Assembly (NCBI GenBank): GCA_963783575.1
Contig: CAWAOD010000004.1
Coordinates: 160,001 to 224,000 of the forward strand
Direction: 5' to 3'
Source: an uncultured Spirochaetota bacterium
GTDB taxonomy: Bacteria > Spirochaetota > Brevinematia > Brevinematales > JAOACQ01
DNA: 64,000 bases
This document shows positions 42,026 to 52,300 of this stretch, piece by piece; positions within the stretch are counted from its first letter, which is position 1, and each line of letters opens with the position of its first letter. Made by a program: the position numbers and the translations under genes. Below the pieces are notes generated by a model that saw only the letters and a list, made by a program, of their open reading frames with translations, had not been told where the DNA came from and did no database searches.

Positions 42026-43366
42026 ATCAATTTTTTATCATATTTACCCACTCGGGTTTTGCGGAGTACTCCGTTACAAAATGACTTTGTATCTTCGCCT
42101 GTTCCAAGGCTTGAAAAAATCTATGGCTGGATGGACCATATTTTGGAACTTGGCGTCAATGCAGTTTATCTGGGGCCGGTTTTTGAGTCAATGTCCCATG
42201 GCTATGATACGGTTGATTATTTAAATGTAGACAGAAGGCTTGGAAATAAAGTTACGCTTCAATACCTTATCAGGGAGTTCCATGAGAGAGGAATTAAAAT
42301 AGTTCTTGACGGTGTTTTTAATCATGCCGGAAGAGATTTTTGGGCCTTTCGGAATCTCTTGTCCTATCAATACGGATCGCCTTACAAGGACTGGTTCTCC
42401 GGTGTCAGGTTTGATAAAAAAAGCGTTTATAGAGATCCGTTTTATTATGACGGATGGAACGGACATTACAGCCTCGTTAAATTTAATCTCAAAAATCCGG
42501 ATGTTATTAAATATATTTACGATATTGCCGGAAAATGGATCCTGGAATTTCAGATAGACGGGTTGAGGCTTGACGCCGCAGAATGCATGGATACGGATTT
42601 TCTTGCCGGTTTATCCGAATTCTGCAAAAAACTTCGGCCGAATTTTTGGCTGATGGGAGAGATGATCCATGGGGATTACAGAAAGCTGTTGAACCATGCG
42701 CGTCTGGATTCTGTAACAAATTATGAATGCTATAAAGGACTGTGGTCAAGCCTTAATGACGGAAACTATTTTGAAATTGCATACTCCCTCAACAGGCAAT
42801 TCGGTTCCGAGGGTATTTATAAGGATTATTCATTATATTCTTTCGCGGACAACCATGATGTGAGCCGTGTTAGCAGTATTTTAACAAATACGGCCCATCT
42901 TTTTCCTCTTTACTGCCTTCTTTTTACCATACCGGGCATACCGTCAATTTATTATGGAAGCGAATGTGGAATCACAGGAAAAAAAGAAGCCGGCCATGAT
43001 ATAAATCTCCGTCCGTCACTGGACTTAACGGACATGAAAAATAATTCGCCGCATCCCGAATTACTGAAAACCATTAAAAATTTGACCTTTATCAGACTGA
43101 ATTCAAAAGCCCTGAAATACGGAGATTACCGCCAGATTTATGTAAGCCATCTTCAGTTTGCTTTTATAAGATCCGCTTCAGGGGAATCCATATTAACCGC
43201 CATTAATTCGGATCAAAAAGATGCTTTTATTGAAGTAAATGTAAAGCAAAAGGGTTTTACAAAATTAATCGATCTTTTAAACAAAGGCGAAATTTTTGAA
43301 ATAGATGAAGGCAAAACAAAAATCCATCTTTACCCAAATTGGGCAGGAATTTTTAAAATGGCTTAA
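42006..43366 (+). CDS. GH13 alpha-amylase / cyclomaltodextrinase-like enzyme, frameshift near 42065
   Basis: MSNWANESIFYHIYPLGFCG then HGYDT, DGVFNH, GLRLDAA, GE and DNHD motifs. Confidence 0.88.
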
Positions 43367-43386
43367 TATTAAGGCAACCATATTGT

Positions 43387-44263
43387 TTAGTATTTTATAC
43401 CGCACATTTTTTCTGAAATTTTCCACAACCTCAACCCCGCATCTCCTCTTAAAGCATAACTGCTTGCTTTTTTCGGCCTGGAATTAGCCCAGTAAATTTC
43501 ATTGCTGTTTTGAATTGATGCTTCGCTTGCCAGATAAACACTTGTAGACGCTCCGACGGAAGGATCTGTTCCATATTTCTTCCGTATTGCCCAAACCAGG
43601 CGGACAATTCCGGAAGTCCCCTTCAGCCCCATTTCAGTATTTACCAGCCCCGGATCGGCTGCAAAGGCCCGGACGGATGATCTGCTGCCCAGCCTTCTGT
43701 TTAATTCGCAGGTAAAAAGGACATTGGCCAGCTTTGTCTGTTTGTAAGCTTTTAAGCAGTTGTAATGCTTATGGAGCATAATATCTTTCCAGTTAAGGCC
43801 TGTATGATAATGCGATCCCGAACTTACGGTAATAATCCGGCCGGCAGGAGAGGATTTTAACAGCGGTAAGAGTTCATAGGTTAAAAGAAAAGGAGCCAGG
43901 TGATTTACCGCAAATTGAAGCTCGAATCCGTCATCCGTTAAAATATACCAGCTTGAAAAAGTCCCCGCGTTATTTATCAAAACATCCAGCGAGTTCAATC
44001 CTTTTTCCGATAAAAGTTTTTTTATTTCATCAGCAAGCGATTTTACCCGGCGAAGCGAGGAAAGATCCGCAGTTAAAAAATAAATTGAGGATTCGGGATA
44101 CAGGTTTTTTATTTTTTTATGCGCTTCATTACAGAGTCTCTGCCGAACGTCCTGTCCCGATAACAAAAGCCCCGTAATTAGCAAGTTGACAGGCTGAGGC
44201 AAAACCGATCCCGGATGTAGCGCCGGTAACCACAACGCTTTTACCGTACATTTTTTTCTCCAT
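43387..44263 (-). CDS. SDR oxidoreductase (retinol-dehydrogenase-like), frameshifted near the 5' end
   Basis: VVTGATSGIG lies in a different frame from LINNAG, FAVNHL and YKQTK. Confidence 0.85.
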
Positions 44264-44321
44264 AAATTTTACTCCTTTTCATAACTTATTCTCTAATATC
44301 ATATAAAACTTTATCAAAAAC

Positions 44322-45125
44322 CTAATTCCCGGGATGATTTTTACTATAAGTCCTGCTCCAGCGATTACATAATAAGCGAGCCACAATCTCCGGAGGTACA
44401 AGGTCTCCTGTAAATTTAAGAATTTTATTAATCACTCCGGGTATATAAATGGAATGCCCTTTAAGAGCATGATCAACAGTTTTTGAAGCTACATATCCCG
44501 TGTTTTTTGTCGTGATTAAGCCTATAAAACCCTGTACATCAATTCCCTTAACGGCCTCTTTTGTGGTTGGCAATCCGCCCGGACACAGCGCTGTAACAGA
44601 TATACCAGATAGACGGACTTCCTCCCTCAGGGCAAGAGAAAAATCAAGCAAAAACCTTTTTGATGCGGCATAAACTGCTTTAACAGGCATCGGGTAAAAT
44701 GATGCCAGGCTTGAAACATTTATTATCCGGAATATACCATCTTTGAGCCGCATATCCATGATGTTATGTGTGATATCCAATACCGCCTCAATATTTACAC
44801 GGATAATATTGCGGATTTGACCGCTTGTTCTTTTATAAAAAGGGCCTTCATAATCAACACCGGCAACATTTATAAGGCTATGGAAAAGTATTTCCCTGCT
44901 TTTTAACCAGGAAAACATTGAGGAACGGGAATCAGGTTCCGACAAATCACATGAATAAATTAATATTTCGGTCTCATAGGTGTTTGACAATGACTTTCCA
45001 AGATCGGTTAAAGCAGTCTCATTCAGGTCTGTTAAAAACAATTTCCATCCCCGTGAAGCACATTCAACCGCAAATGCTTTTCCCAGGCCTCCCGCAGCTC
45101 CTGTAATACATACATAACCTTCCAT
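44322..45125 (-). CDS. SDR oxidoreductase
   Basis: TGAAGGLG, INVAG and YAASK motifs. Confidence 0.9.
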   Translation of the reverse strand: MEGYVCITGAAGGLGKAFAVECASRGWKLFLTDLNETALTDLGKSLSNTYETEILIYSCDLSEPDSRSSMFSWLKSREILFHSLINVAGVDYEGPFYKRTSGQIRNIIRVNIEAVLDITHNIMDMRLKDGIFRIINVSSLASFYPMPVKAVYAASKRFLLDFSLALREEVRLSGISVTALCPGGLPTTKEAVKGIDVQGFIGLITTKNTGYVASKTVDHALKGHSIYIPGVINKILKFTGDLVPPEIVARLLCNRWSRTYSKNHPGN

Positions 45126-45139
45126 ATTTAATATTCTCC

Positions 45140-45207
45140 TTAATCATATGATTTAATCATCTGATTAATTATAACATACAATTCAATAAATATCAATCGT
45201 TTGATTA
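45140..45207. promoter_or_regulatory. Three related operator-like palindromes upstream of the SDR operon
   Basis: TAATCATATGATTT, TAATCATCTGATTA and CAATCGTTTGATTA. Confidence 0.55.
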
Positions 45208-45407
45208 AAACAATTGTTTAAATATATTGGCGCTGAGATCAGTTTTTGTAATCAGCCATACTATTTCTAAATTTGATTATGTTATTTTTTCAATTGATCT
45301 ATTCAATTTTCAATTGATCTATCCATTTATATATTATATAATAATTTTGATATATTTTTATAATTAATTATGTAATATTTCCCGGTATCAATGGAAGGAA
45401 CAATTTT

Positions 45408-46700
45408 ATGAATGATATAAACAAGCTTGTTTCCAATTTGAATCACAAAGAGGTGAAAATCAGGCTTTCAAGCCTCCAAAACCTTATGGATGAAATCAGC
45501 GCCGGCAGGCTGGAAAAGGTTCAAAAAACAGAGGATGTCAATAATCATATACATACATTTTATTCATTTTCTCCTTATTCCCCCTCAAAAGCCATCTGGA
45601 TGTCATATCTTGCGGGCCTTCAAACCGCCGGGATTATGGACCATGATTCTATCAGCGGTTCCGCAGAATTTATCGAAGCCGGCAGGATAGCAAAAATAGC
45701 CGTAACTTCAGGTATGGAATGCAGAGTGGATTTTTCAAAAACCTCCCTTGCCGGAAAGAGAATAAATCATCCCGACCAGCTCTCAATTGCTTATATCGCC
45801 GTACATGGCATACCCCATCAAAAGTGGAATGAAACATCAGCTTATTTGAAGCCTTTACTAAACGGGAGGAAAAAAAGAAACATTTTAATGGTTTCTAATA
45901 TTAATGATATTCTCAAACCATTTAATTTCAACCTTAATTACAAAAATGACATTCTGCCTCTTTCAAGGTACAATGAGGGAGGCAGTGTAACGGAAAGGCA
46001 CATCCTTTTCGGGCTGTCGAAAGCAATTATTTCCCGTTATGGCAAAGGTGAAAGGCTGGTCAATTTTTTAATTGGCAGTTTAAAACTGAAAATTCCCGAT
46101 AAACTTTTAAGAAATCTTATGGACGAACAAAATATTTATTATGAATATGATCTTCTTGGCGTTTTTAAGGGGGAATTTATTGCCCGCTTTTACATTCCGG
46201 CAATATCAGAATGCCCGGATATTAGTGAATTGCTTGCTTTTGTCCGATCGATCGGGGCCATATCAGCTTATCCTTATCTCGGAGATGTCGGAGAATCGGT
46301 TACCGGTGACAAGAAACCCCAAAAATTTGAAGATGATTATCTCGATCTCCTTTTTGAAATACTTTCGGAATTGGGTTTTAACGCCGTGACTTATGCGCCG
46401 AGCCGTAATACGATCGGACAGATTATAAAAATTAAAAGCCTTTGCGAGCATTACGGATTTTTTCAGATCAGCGGCGAGGATATTAATAGTCCCCGGCAGT
46501 CCTTTGTCTGCGAAGCAATGCGCGGAGCGGAGTTTAAAAACCTGGCTTCTTCCGCCTGGGCCCTTATCGGGCATGAAAAAGCCGCGTCAATTGACATCCA
46601 TAATGGGATGTTTTCAGAAGATTTGGTTAATAAATATCCCGATCTGGAAGAAAGAATTGAGGTATTTAAAAAAATAGGACAGAAAACCGGGGTCTGTTAA
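45408..46700 (+). CDS. PHP-domain protein
   Basis: NNHIHTFYS, IMDHD, GME and ISGED motifs. Confidence 0.8.
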   Translation: MNDINKLVSNLNHKEVKIRLSSLQNLMDEISAGRLEKVQKTEDVNNHIHTFYSFSPYSPSKAIWMSYLAGLQTAGIMDHDSISGSAEFIEAGRIAKIAVTSGMECRVDFSKTSLAGKRINHPDQLSIAYIAVHGIPHQKWNETSAYLKPLLNGRKKRNILMVSNINDILKPFNFNLNYKNDILPLSRYNEGGSVTERHILFGLSKAIISRYGKGERLVNFLIGSLKLKIPDKLLRNLMDEQNIYYEYDLLGVFKGEFIARFYIPAISECPDISELLAFVRSIGAISAYPYLGDVGESVTGDKKPQKFEDDYLDLLFEILSELGFNAVTYAPSRNTIGQIIKIKSLCEHYGFFQISGEDINSPRQSFVCEAMRGAEFKNLASSAWALIGHEKAASIDIHNGMFSEDLVNKYPDLEERIEVFKKIGQKTGVC

Positions 46701-46704
46701 TTTT

Positions 46705-47331
46705 TCACTTTTTTATAAAAATCATATATGTACAATCGGCGATCTGAGCTTCTTCAAAACCGGCAGCGCCTATTTCTTTTGCTATCCCGATAAAATCGGT
46801 TTTTATAAAACGGTCGTAATAGCTGCCCTCGATCCATTCAATAAACGCAGGTAAGATTTTCCAATTTTTACCATGGTCTATGATTATCAAAGCCTCCCGA
46901 GATATTTCCAGCATATTTTTAAGGATTATTTTTTCAGTTTCCGTGTCAAACAGGTGAAGGGCAAATGAGATAAAAACATAATCATATGATTGAGCCGCTT
47001 CGTCAGGCTCAAGGATATTGCCTTCCTTAAAGTTAATTTTAAGCCCGGCTTCTTCCGCCCTCATTTTTGCCCGCCCGATCATTCCGGAAGATAGGTCACG
47101 CCCATCGACAGACTTGAAAATTCCGGCAAGACGCAGGGAAAGTAAGCCAGACCCGCATGCATATTCCAGGACTGTTTTACCTGAAGCACCGGGAATATTT
47201 TTTATTTTTAAGCTGACAACCTCTTCCAGAGGTTCGCCGAGAGTACGCTCAATTCCTCCGTAATATTTATAAAACCAGTTGTAAAATTTCCTCATGGATT
47301 GAAGCGGCCTTCTGTGCTCCAGAAATGACAT
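46705..47331 (-). CDS. Class I SAM-dependent methyltransferase
   Basis: VLEYACGSG, DLSSGMI and SFALH motifs. Confidence 0.88.
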   Translation of the reverse strand: MSFLEHRRPLQSMRKFYNWFYKYYGGIERTLGEPLEEVVSLKIKNIPGASGKTVLEYACGSGLLSLRLAGIFKSVDGRDLSSGMIGRAKMRAEEAGLKINFKEGNILEPDEAAQSYDYVFISFALHLFDTETEKIILKNMLEISREALIIIDHGKNWKILPAFIEWIEGSYYDRFIKTDFIGIAKEIGAAGFEEAQIADCTYMIFIKK

Positions 47332-47427
47332 AAAAATCTCCTTGTTATATTTAACGTAATGTCAAAAGTTTCCTAATTGAAAACTTTTATTTCTATATAT
47401 TTCAATAAATTCAATTGCTATTACTAA

Positions 47428-47463
47428 ACTCCCCTCCTAATTTAGGAGGGGTTGTGGGTGGTC
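47428..47463. repeat. REP-like palindrome overlapping the DUF559 stop codon
   Basis: ACTCCCCTCCTAA-T-TTAGGAGGGGTTGTGGGTGGT; relatives at 47828/49195-49225 and 55068-55098. Confidence 0.75.
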
Positions 47464-47819
47464 GTAAAATAACTATTAATTTCTGACAGAACCCCTTCTA
47501 TATTTTCAAATACTCTTTTATTTTCTATTCTACAAACTTTTATTCCTAAAACGCTCAAATAACTTGTTCGCAATTGATCATGCTCAAAACCCATATTATT
47601 ATAATGTCCTTCTCCATCCAATTCAATACATAATTTTTCTGACGGACAATAGAAATCTAATATGTATATGCCTACACTATGCTGTCTACGAAACTTTCTT
47701 CCTGACAATCCTTTGTTTTTAAGATATTTCCAAAGCTTAGCTTCTGCTTCAGTCATATGATTCCGTAAATGCTTTCGTTTATCTTTTAATTCTTTTTTAT
47801 TGTGAACAATTTCTTTCAT
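47442..47819 (-). CDS. DUF559 (Vsr-like) endonuclease-domain protein
   Basis: LRNHMTEAEAKLW, KFRRQHSVGIYILDFYC, IELDGEGH and DQLR motifs. Confidence 0.9.
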   Translation of the reverse strand: MKEIVHNKKELKDKRKHLRNHMTEAEAKLWKYLKNKGLSGRKFRRQHSVGIYILDFYCPSEKLCIELDGEGHYNNMGFEHDQLRTSYLSVLGIKVCRIENKRVFENIEGVLSEINSYFTTTHNPS

Positions 47820-47842
47820 TTATTTCTACCACCCCTTTCCCC

Positions 47843-49194
47843 CATAAGCGCTAACTTGTTAAGGAAAAATATTCCACAATTTGCATTTTTCTTCTTCTCT
47901 TTTTATTAATAAGTCCTCTGGAAATTCTTATCCAATTTATAAAAATACCGGTAAGCGAAAGGCATGGAATAATTATTCTCTGCATTTCATGAAGCATAAA
48001 TGCAAATTCACGCCAACGGCTTACTATCCCTGCCCTGATTAATAATATCATAACCCCAGGGGGAAAAAGTCTGGGCTTACCAGATAAGTTTTTCGTTTAA
48101 CAGGGCCACAAACAATTTGCCATACAGCCAAGCCTTGGAACTTTCATCTGTATATTTAGGCAAATGCCCAAGTTCCGCAAGTTGCTTAAAACGTTTAAAT
48201 ACTAATTCAACCTGCCATCGTAATCTATACCATCGCAGTATTTCTGCCGGCGGAAAACTTGACTCTTCAAAAGTTGTGAATACAATCACAAACTCCGCAT
48301 ATATTAGTGTCTCCGGTTTTAACTTCTGACTCTTTTTTATAGCATGCTTTTTAATACGTTTGTGAGCCTTAAGAATAGCTTGTTCAGATTTTCTTATAAC
48401 ACAAACTCTACCGGAAACAGTGGTTTTATCAGGGCATTGTAAATGAACATTCCATGAACATGCTTGTCCCGATTTCGAAACTTCTGATAATCTATCCAGC
48501 CAATTAAATGGCTTACCGGATGAATCGCTAACTACAACATGATGAGGGCTGATGCGGACCAATAGAGAAGCTTTCTGCTCAACGGCAAACTTTATTCCCG
48601 GAGCCTGACCATAACCTCGATCACCTATAATATAATCACCCGGTTTCAAATCAAATTGTTTAAACGACTCACCCGTCCCTATACCGTTCATTTGAGTTAC
48701 GCGAAAGTAGTCACACTTGAATGTAGGTAGTCTAAGACTGTAATGAACCTTCCATAAACTTCCCGTCCTTCCAGGTTCTTTAACTACAGTAGCATCAAGA
48801 AGGCGAACTTCAAATCCATCTTTATTTTCCAGTTTCACACCTCGCTCCTCAAATAAACCTTCACATAATGACGCCAACCAATCCGAACTCTTTCTTAATC
48901 GCTTCAGCAAGGCAACATCAGATAAATCTGCTAAATTGGCTTCACGAGCCCTTACTACTGTTTCTCTTAGAGAAAACCCGCCAGCCAGATGAATCAAAAG
49001 GGTTCTGAGCAAGTCCTCCTCAGATTTGCACTTACGCAATCCACTTAATGCACCCGTTTCCTTTGCCTTTTCACGCCAACCTATTGGAAACATTGAAACT
49101 AAAATATTCCAATCTTCATTAATCATAGCCGCCTCCCATATAAATATTATAGCTATTATTTGTAAAAATATCAAGAATCAAGTTAGCGCTTATG
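47843..49194 (-). mobile_element. IS4-family insertion sequence, copy 2
   Basis: Near-identical to 23069..24419, same IRs, 11-bp TSD CCCCTTTCCCC at 47832-42 and 49195-205. Confidence 0.93.
48077..49126 (-). pseudogene. IS4 transposase with a premature stop close to the C-terminus
   Basis: CAA to TAA after KLIW removes about 23 residues present in copy 1. Confidence 0.8.
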
Positions 49195-49315
49195 CCCCTT
49201 TCCCCTCCTTATCAAGGAGGGGAATTCCTTTCCTAAAATCTCCCCTTTTTCACCTGTCTGCCGCCAGGCAGATAAAACTTTTGACATTTCAAATTGGTAT
49301 ACTGGTTCCTTAACC

Positions 49316-52300
49316 TTAATACTTCTTCCATAACTCAAGCCGTTTATAACCGCCGGTAAAGCCGAAAGCCTTCAAACCGGCTTTATATTCGCTTTCCAGG
49401 GCGGGCTTACCGTTTATAGTTTCCACGGTTATTGAGTTTAAAGGATTGAATTCCCTTGTCAAAAGGACTTTAAAGAACTCCAAATAGTCAGGCAGCCCGG
49501 GATGTCCCGGGGGGACTTTTATATTTAAGTTTTCCCCGTTTTTTTGTGAGATCAGGACAATTTCTTTCCCATGGTAAGCTATATGATTTGAACCGATCCT
49601 CCTTGGAAAACGGCCGCGTAGCGCGTCAAGCTTGATTCCGCATAGCGAGGCCGGGTCGATTGCAGACATCCAGTAAACGCTATCTTCCGGCAGTTTATTC
49701 TGCAGGAACCGGTAAGCCTCAAAAGATGCAAACTGCAGGCCGGGGATTCCCCTGAAAAAATAACCGGACACGATTTCCCCTGACAATTCCATAAGCCGGA
49801 GCGTCCTGAAAACCTTTCCCCATTGAAGAAGCGGGAGTTCGTTCGCCGTGATTTCCCGGAACAATATTCCATACCGCAAAAAGAGCTGGCGGACGCGGTC
49901 TTTAATAATTTCCTCTTCCTCAATAAGATCGGAATTGATTTCACCAAAATCAGGCTGATACCATCCTCCCGACAGAGGCCTGGATGCTGCCCACCTGTTC
50001 AATCCGGACCGCCTGCCGGAAACCCTGACGCGGCCCGGCAGGTCATTTTTTTCAATTTCTGACGGAGTGAACCGGCTGAGGATTCCCTGGCGGATAACTT
50101 CAAACGTATCACTGGTTATCTCACCGCTCCATGCGAGCTTCCATAATTTTTCGGCCGTTTTTTGCGTAGACATCCCGGTAAATGCCGCAATATCAAAAAG
50201 CGAGAATTTTCCGCGGAGGCCGGGCAAAATATTCATGACTTCAGAATTCGCTTCTTTCCCTGTTTTAGGGGGGCGTTTTTCAATATACAGGCCCAGTTCC
50301 CCGGAGAAAGAAAAACTGAGCTTCTTATCCCCGCACCCAAACCAGCAAAGGCCGCTCGACTGCATGAGGCTGTCGAGCCAGGCTTTATAATACGGCCGGA
50401 GCCTTGCCGGGAATATTGATTCTTCCCAGGCTTCGGCAGCCGCGGGGAAACCGAAAAGCCGCTCAAGCCTTTCCTGAAGTCCTTCCAGAGAAACCGCCGA
50501 ATCCGTTAAACCCTGGTATGCCGCCAGGAATAACTGCAGGTATTCAGGTTCAAGAGCCTGAAATATGGGCTGGCGTTCAATCCTTGCCATCCTGAGAAGC
50601 CTTTCCAGGTTTTCCCTGTCGCAAATCTCAATTTCCGTTCCGCCTTCACTTATCCGGTCAATAACTATAGCCTGAGATTCGGCAAGGGTCTGCACAGCGT
50701 CATTGAATAGAATTCCTGGCAGCCCGAGAAGCGTTTCCGCTTTCTTTAATTCGACAGGCCCGTAATAAGAAAGCCATTGAGCCAGAATAGCAGTATATTC
50801 CTGAAGCTTTTCTTCGCCGGAAACCCGGGGTTCCGATTTTTCCAGATAAGATTTTAGTTTTGACACTATTTTATTAATTATTGAAGTGGAATCCGTATTT
50901 ATAATCGGAGAAATTGAAAGATTCTCAAGAGAAATATCATAGCCCGATAAAATGAGCGGAATGCTTTCAACCGCGCAGACCAGCGGGAATGCAGCGCCGG
51001 AAACATTGAGTAGAATTATTTTTTCTGTTAATTGAGATAAAATGTCTTCGATTTCTATATTTGAATTTTTTTCGATCGAATTGAGAAGTTCAACCCACTC
51101 ATTTTGAGGAATAAGAATCCTTTCTTTAACCCAGTCCAGCAGATCATCCGGTGAAGCCGGGGCATACCCCGGGGCGGTCCTTTTAAGTTTATCCTCGAGA
51201 GTTTTTATCAGGTAGACGGGAATTTTCGGGCGTAACTGTGACGAATAAATTATTTCGCGCATTAATTCATCGCTCAGGTTGGAACGGTTTCCCGATGCCG
51301 GGGTATCATCCTCATACATAAATGTATTGATCTCTTTCCATATGAGGCTGTCGCAGAAAGGCGAAGGAACATTAGTAAAACATTCGCTGACTGTGATTTT
51401 CCCGCTTCTAACCTCATCAAGGAGCATGTTTAAATTCTCAATGTCAAATTCATCATGGATGCAGGTCCGCCAGGTTTCAATTAATATTGGAAAATCCTGG
51501 TATTTCATTACCAGTTCCATCAGTTTTTTGGCCCGAAGGCGGTTCAGCCAGAGCGGAAGGCGCTTTTTAAAATCGGCTTTCGGCAGTAAAAGCGCCCTTC
51601 CGGCGTTTTCCCTGAATTTTGCCCCAAAGAACCCTGTTTTTTCAAGCTTTTGACGAAGCAGTCCGTCGATATTTTCCGGGGTTACCATTGAGAAAAGTCC
51701 GAACGGTTCGAATTCGAGAGGAAGAATCAGGATAATACTGTCGTTATTGACCATTGTTTCAAGCGGATAAAGGAATTTTTCCTCCCAGGCCGCTGAAAGC
51801 GCCAGCGCGAAAGGCCTGTTTATCTTTCCGCCCCAGAGCGTATGTATAATCACCTGCTTCCTGTCCGAACGGTTAGACGGGTCTTCGAAATGCTCCACAA
51901 GAATATGATGACGGTGGGGGAGCGCCTGGCCTGTGACCGATTTCTGGCGGAGCAGGAAATTCGCGAGCTCTTCGGCCGCCGTTTCCTGAAAGCTGTAATT
52001 CCGCTTTAATTCATTTTTAAATGAATAGGGATCGGACAGTGTTTCTTCGGCTTTCTCCAGGAATATGCCTATCTTTTCGGAATAATAAAAATCACGGTTC
52101 ATTTCCTCCGCTCTCCAGAATGGGATTATTCCCGGGTTGGTTTTTACCTGAGCGACTTCCACATCACTGGAAGTAATTTTAAGAATTCGCCAGACCTGCG
52201 CTCCCAGGGCAAAAGTATCACCGGTATTCCTTTCCCACACAAACTCCTCGTCCAGCTCGCCTATCTTTGCTTTTGTGTCCTGGACGCGCATATCGAAATA

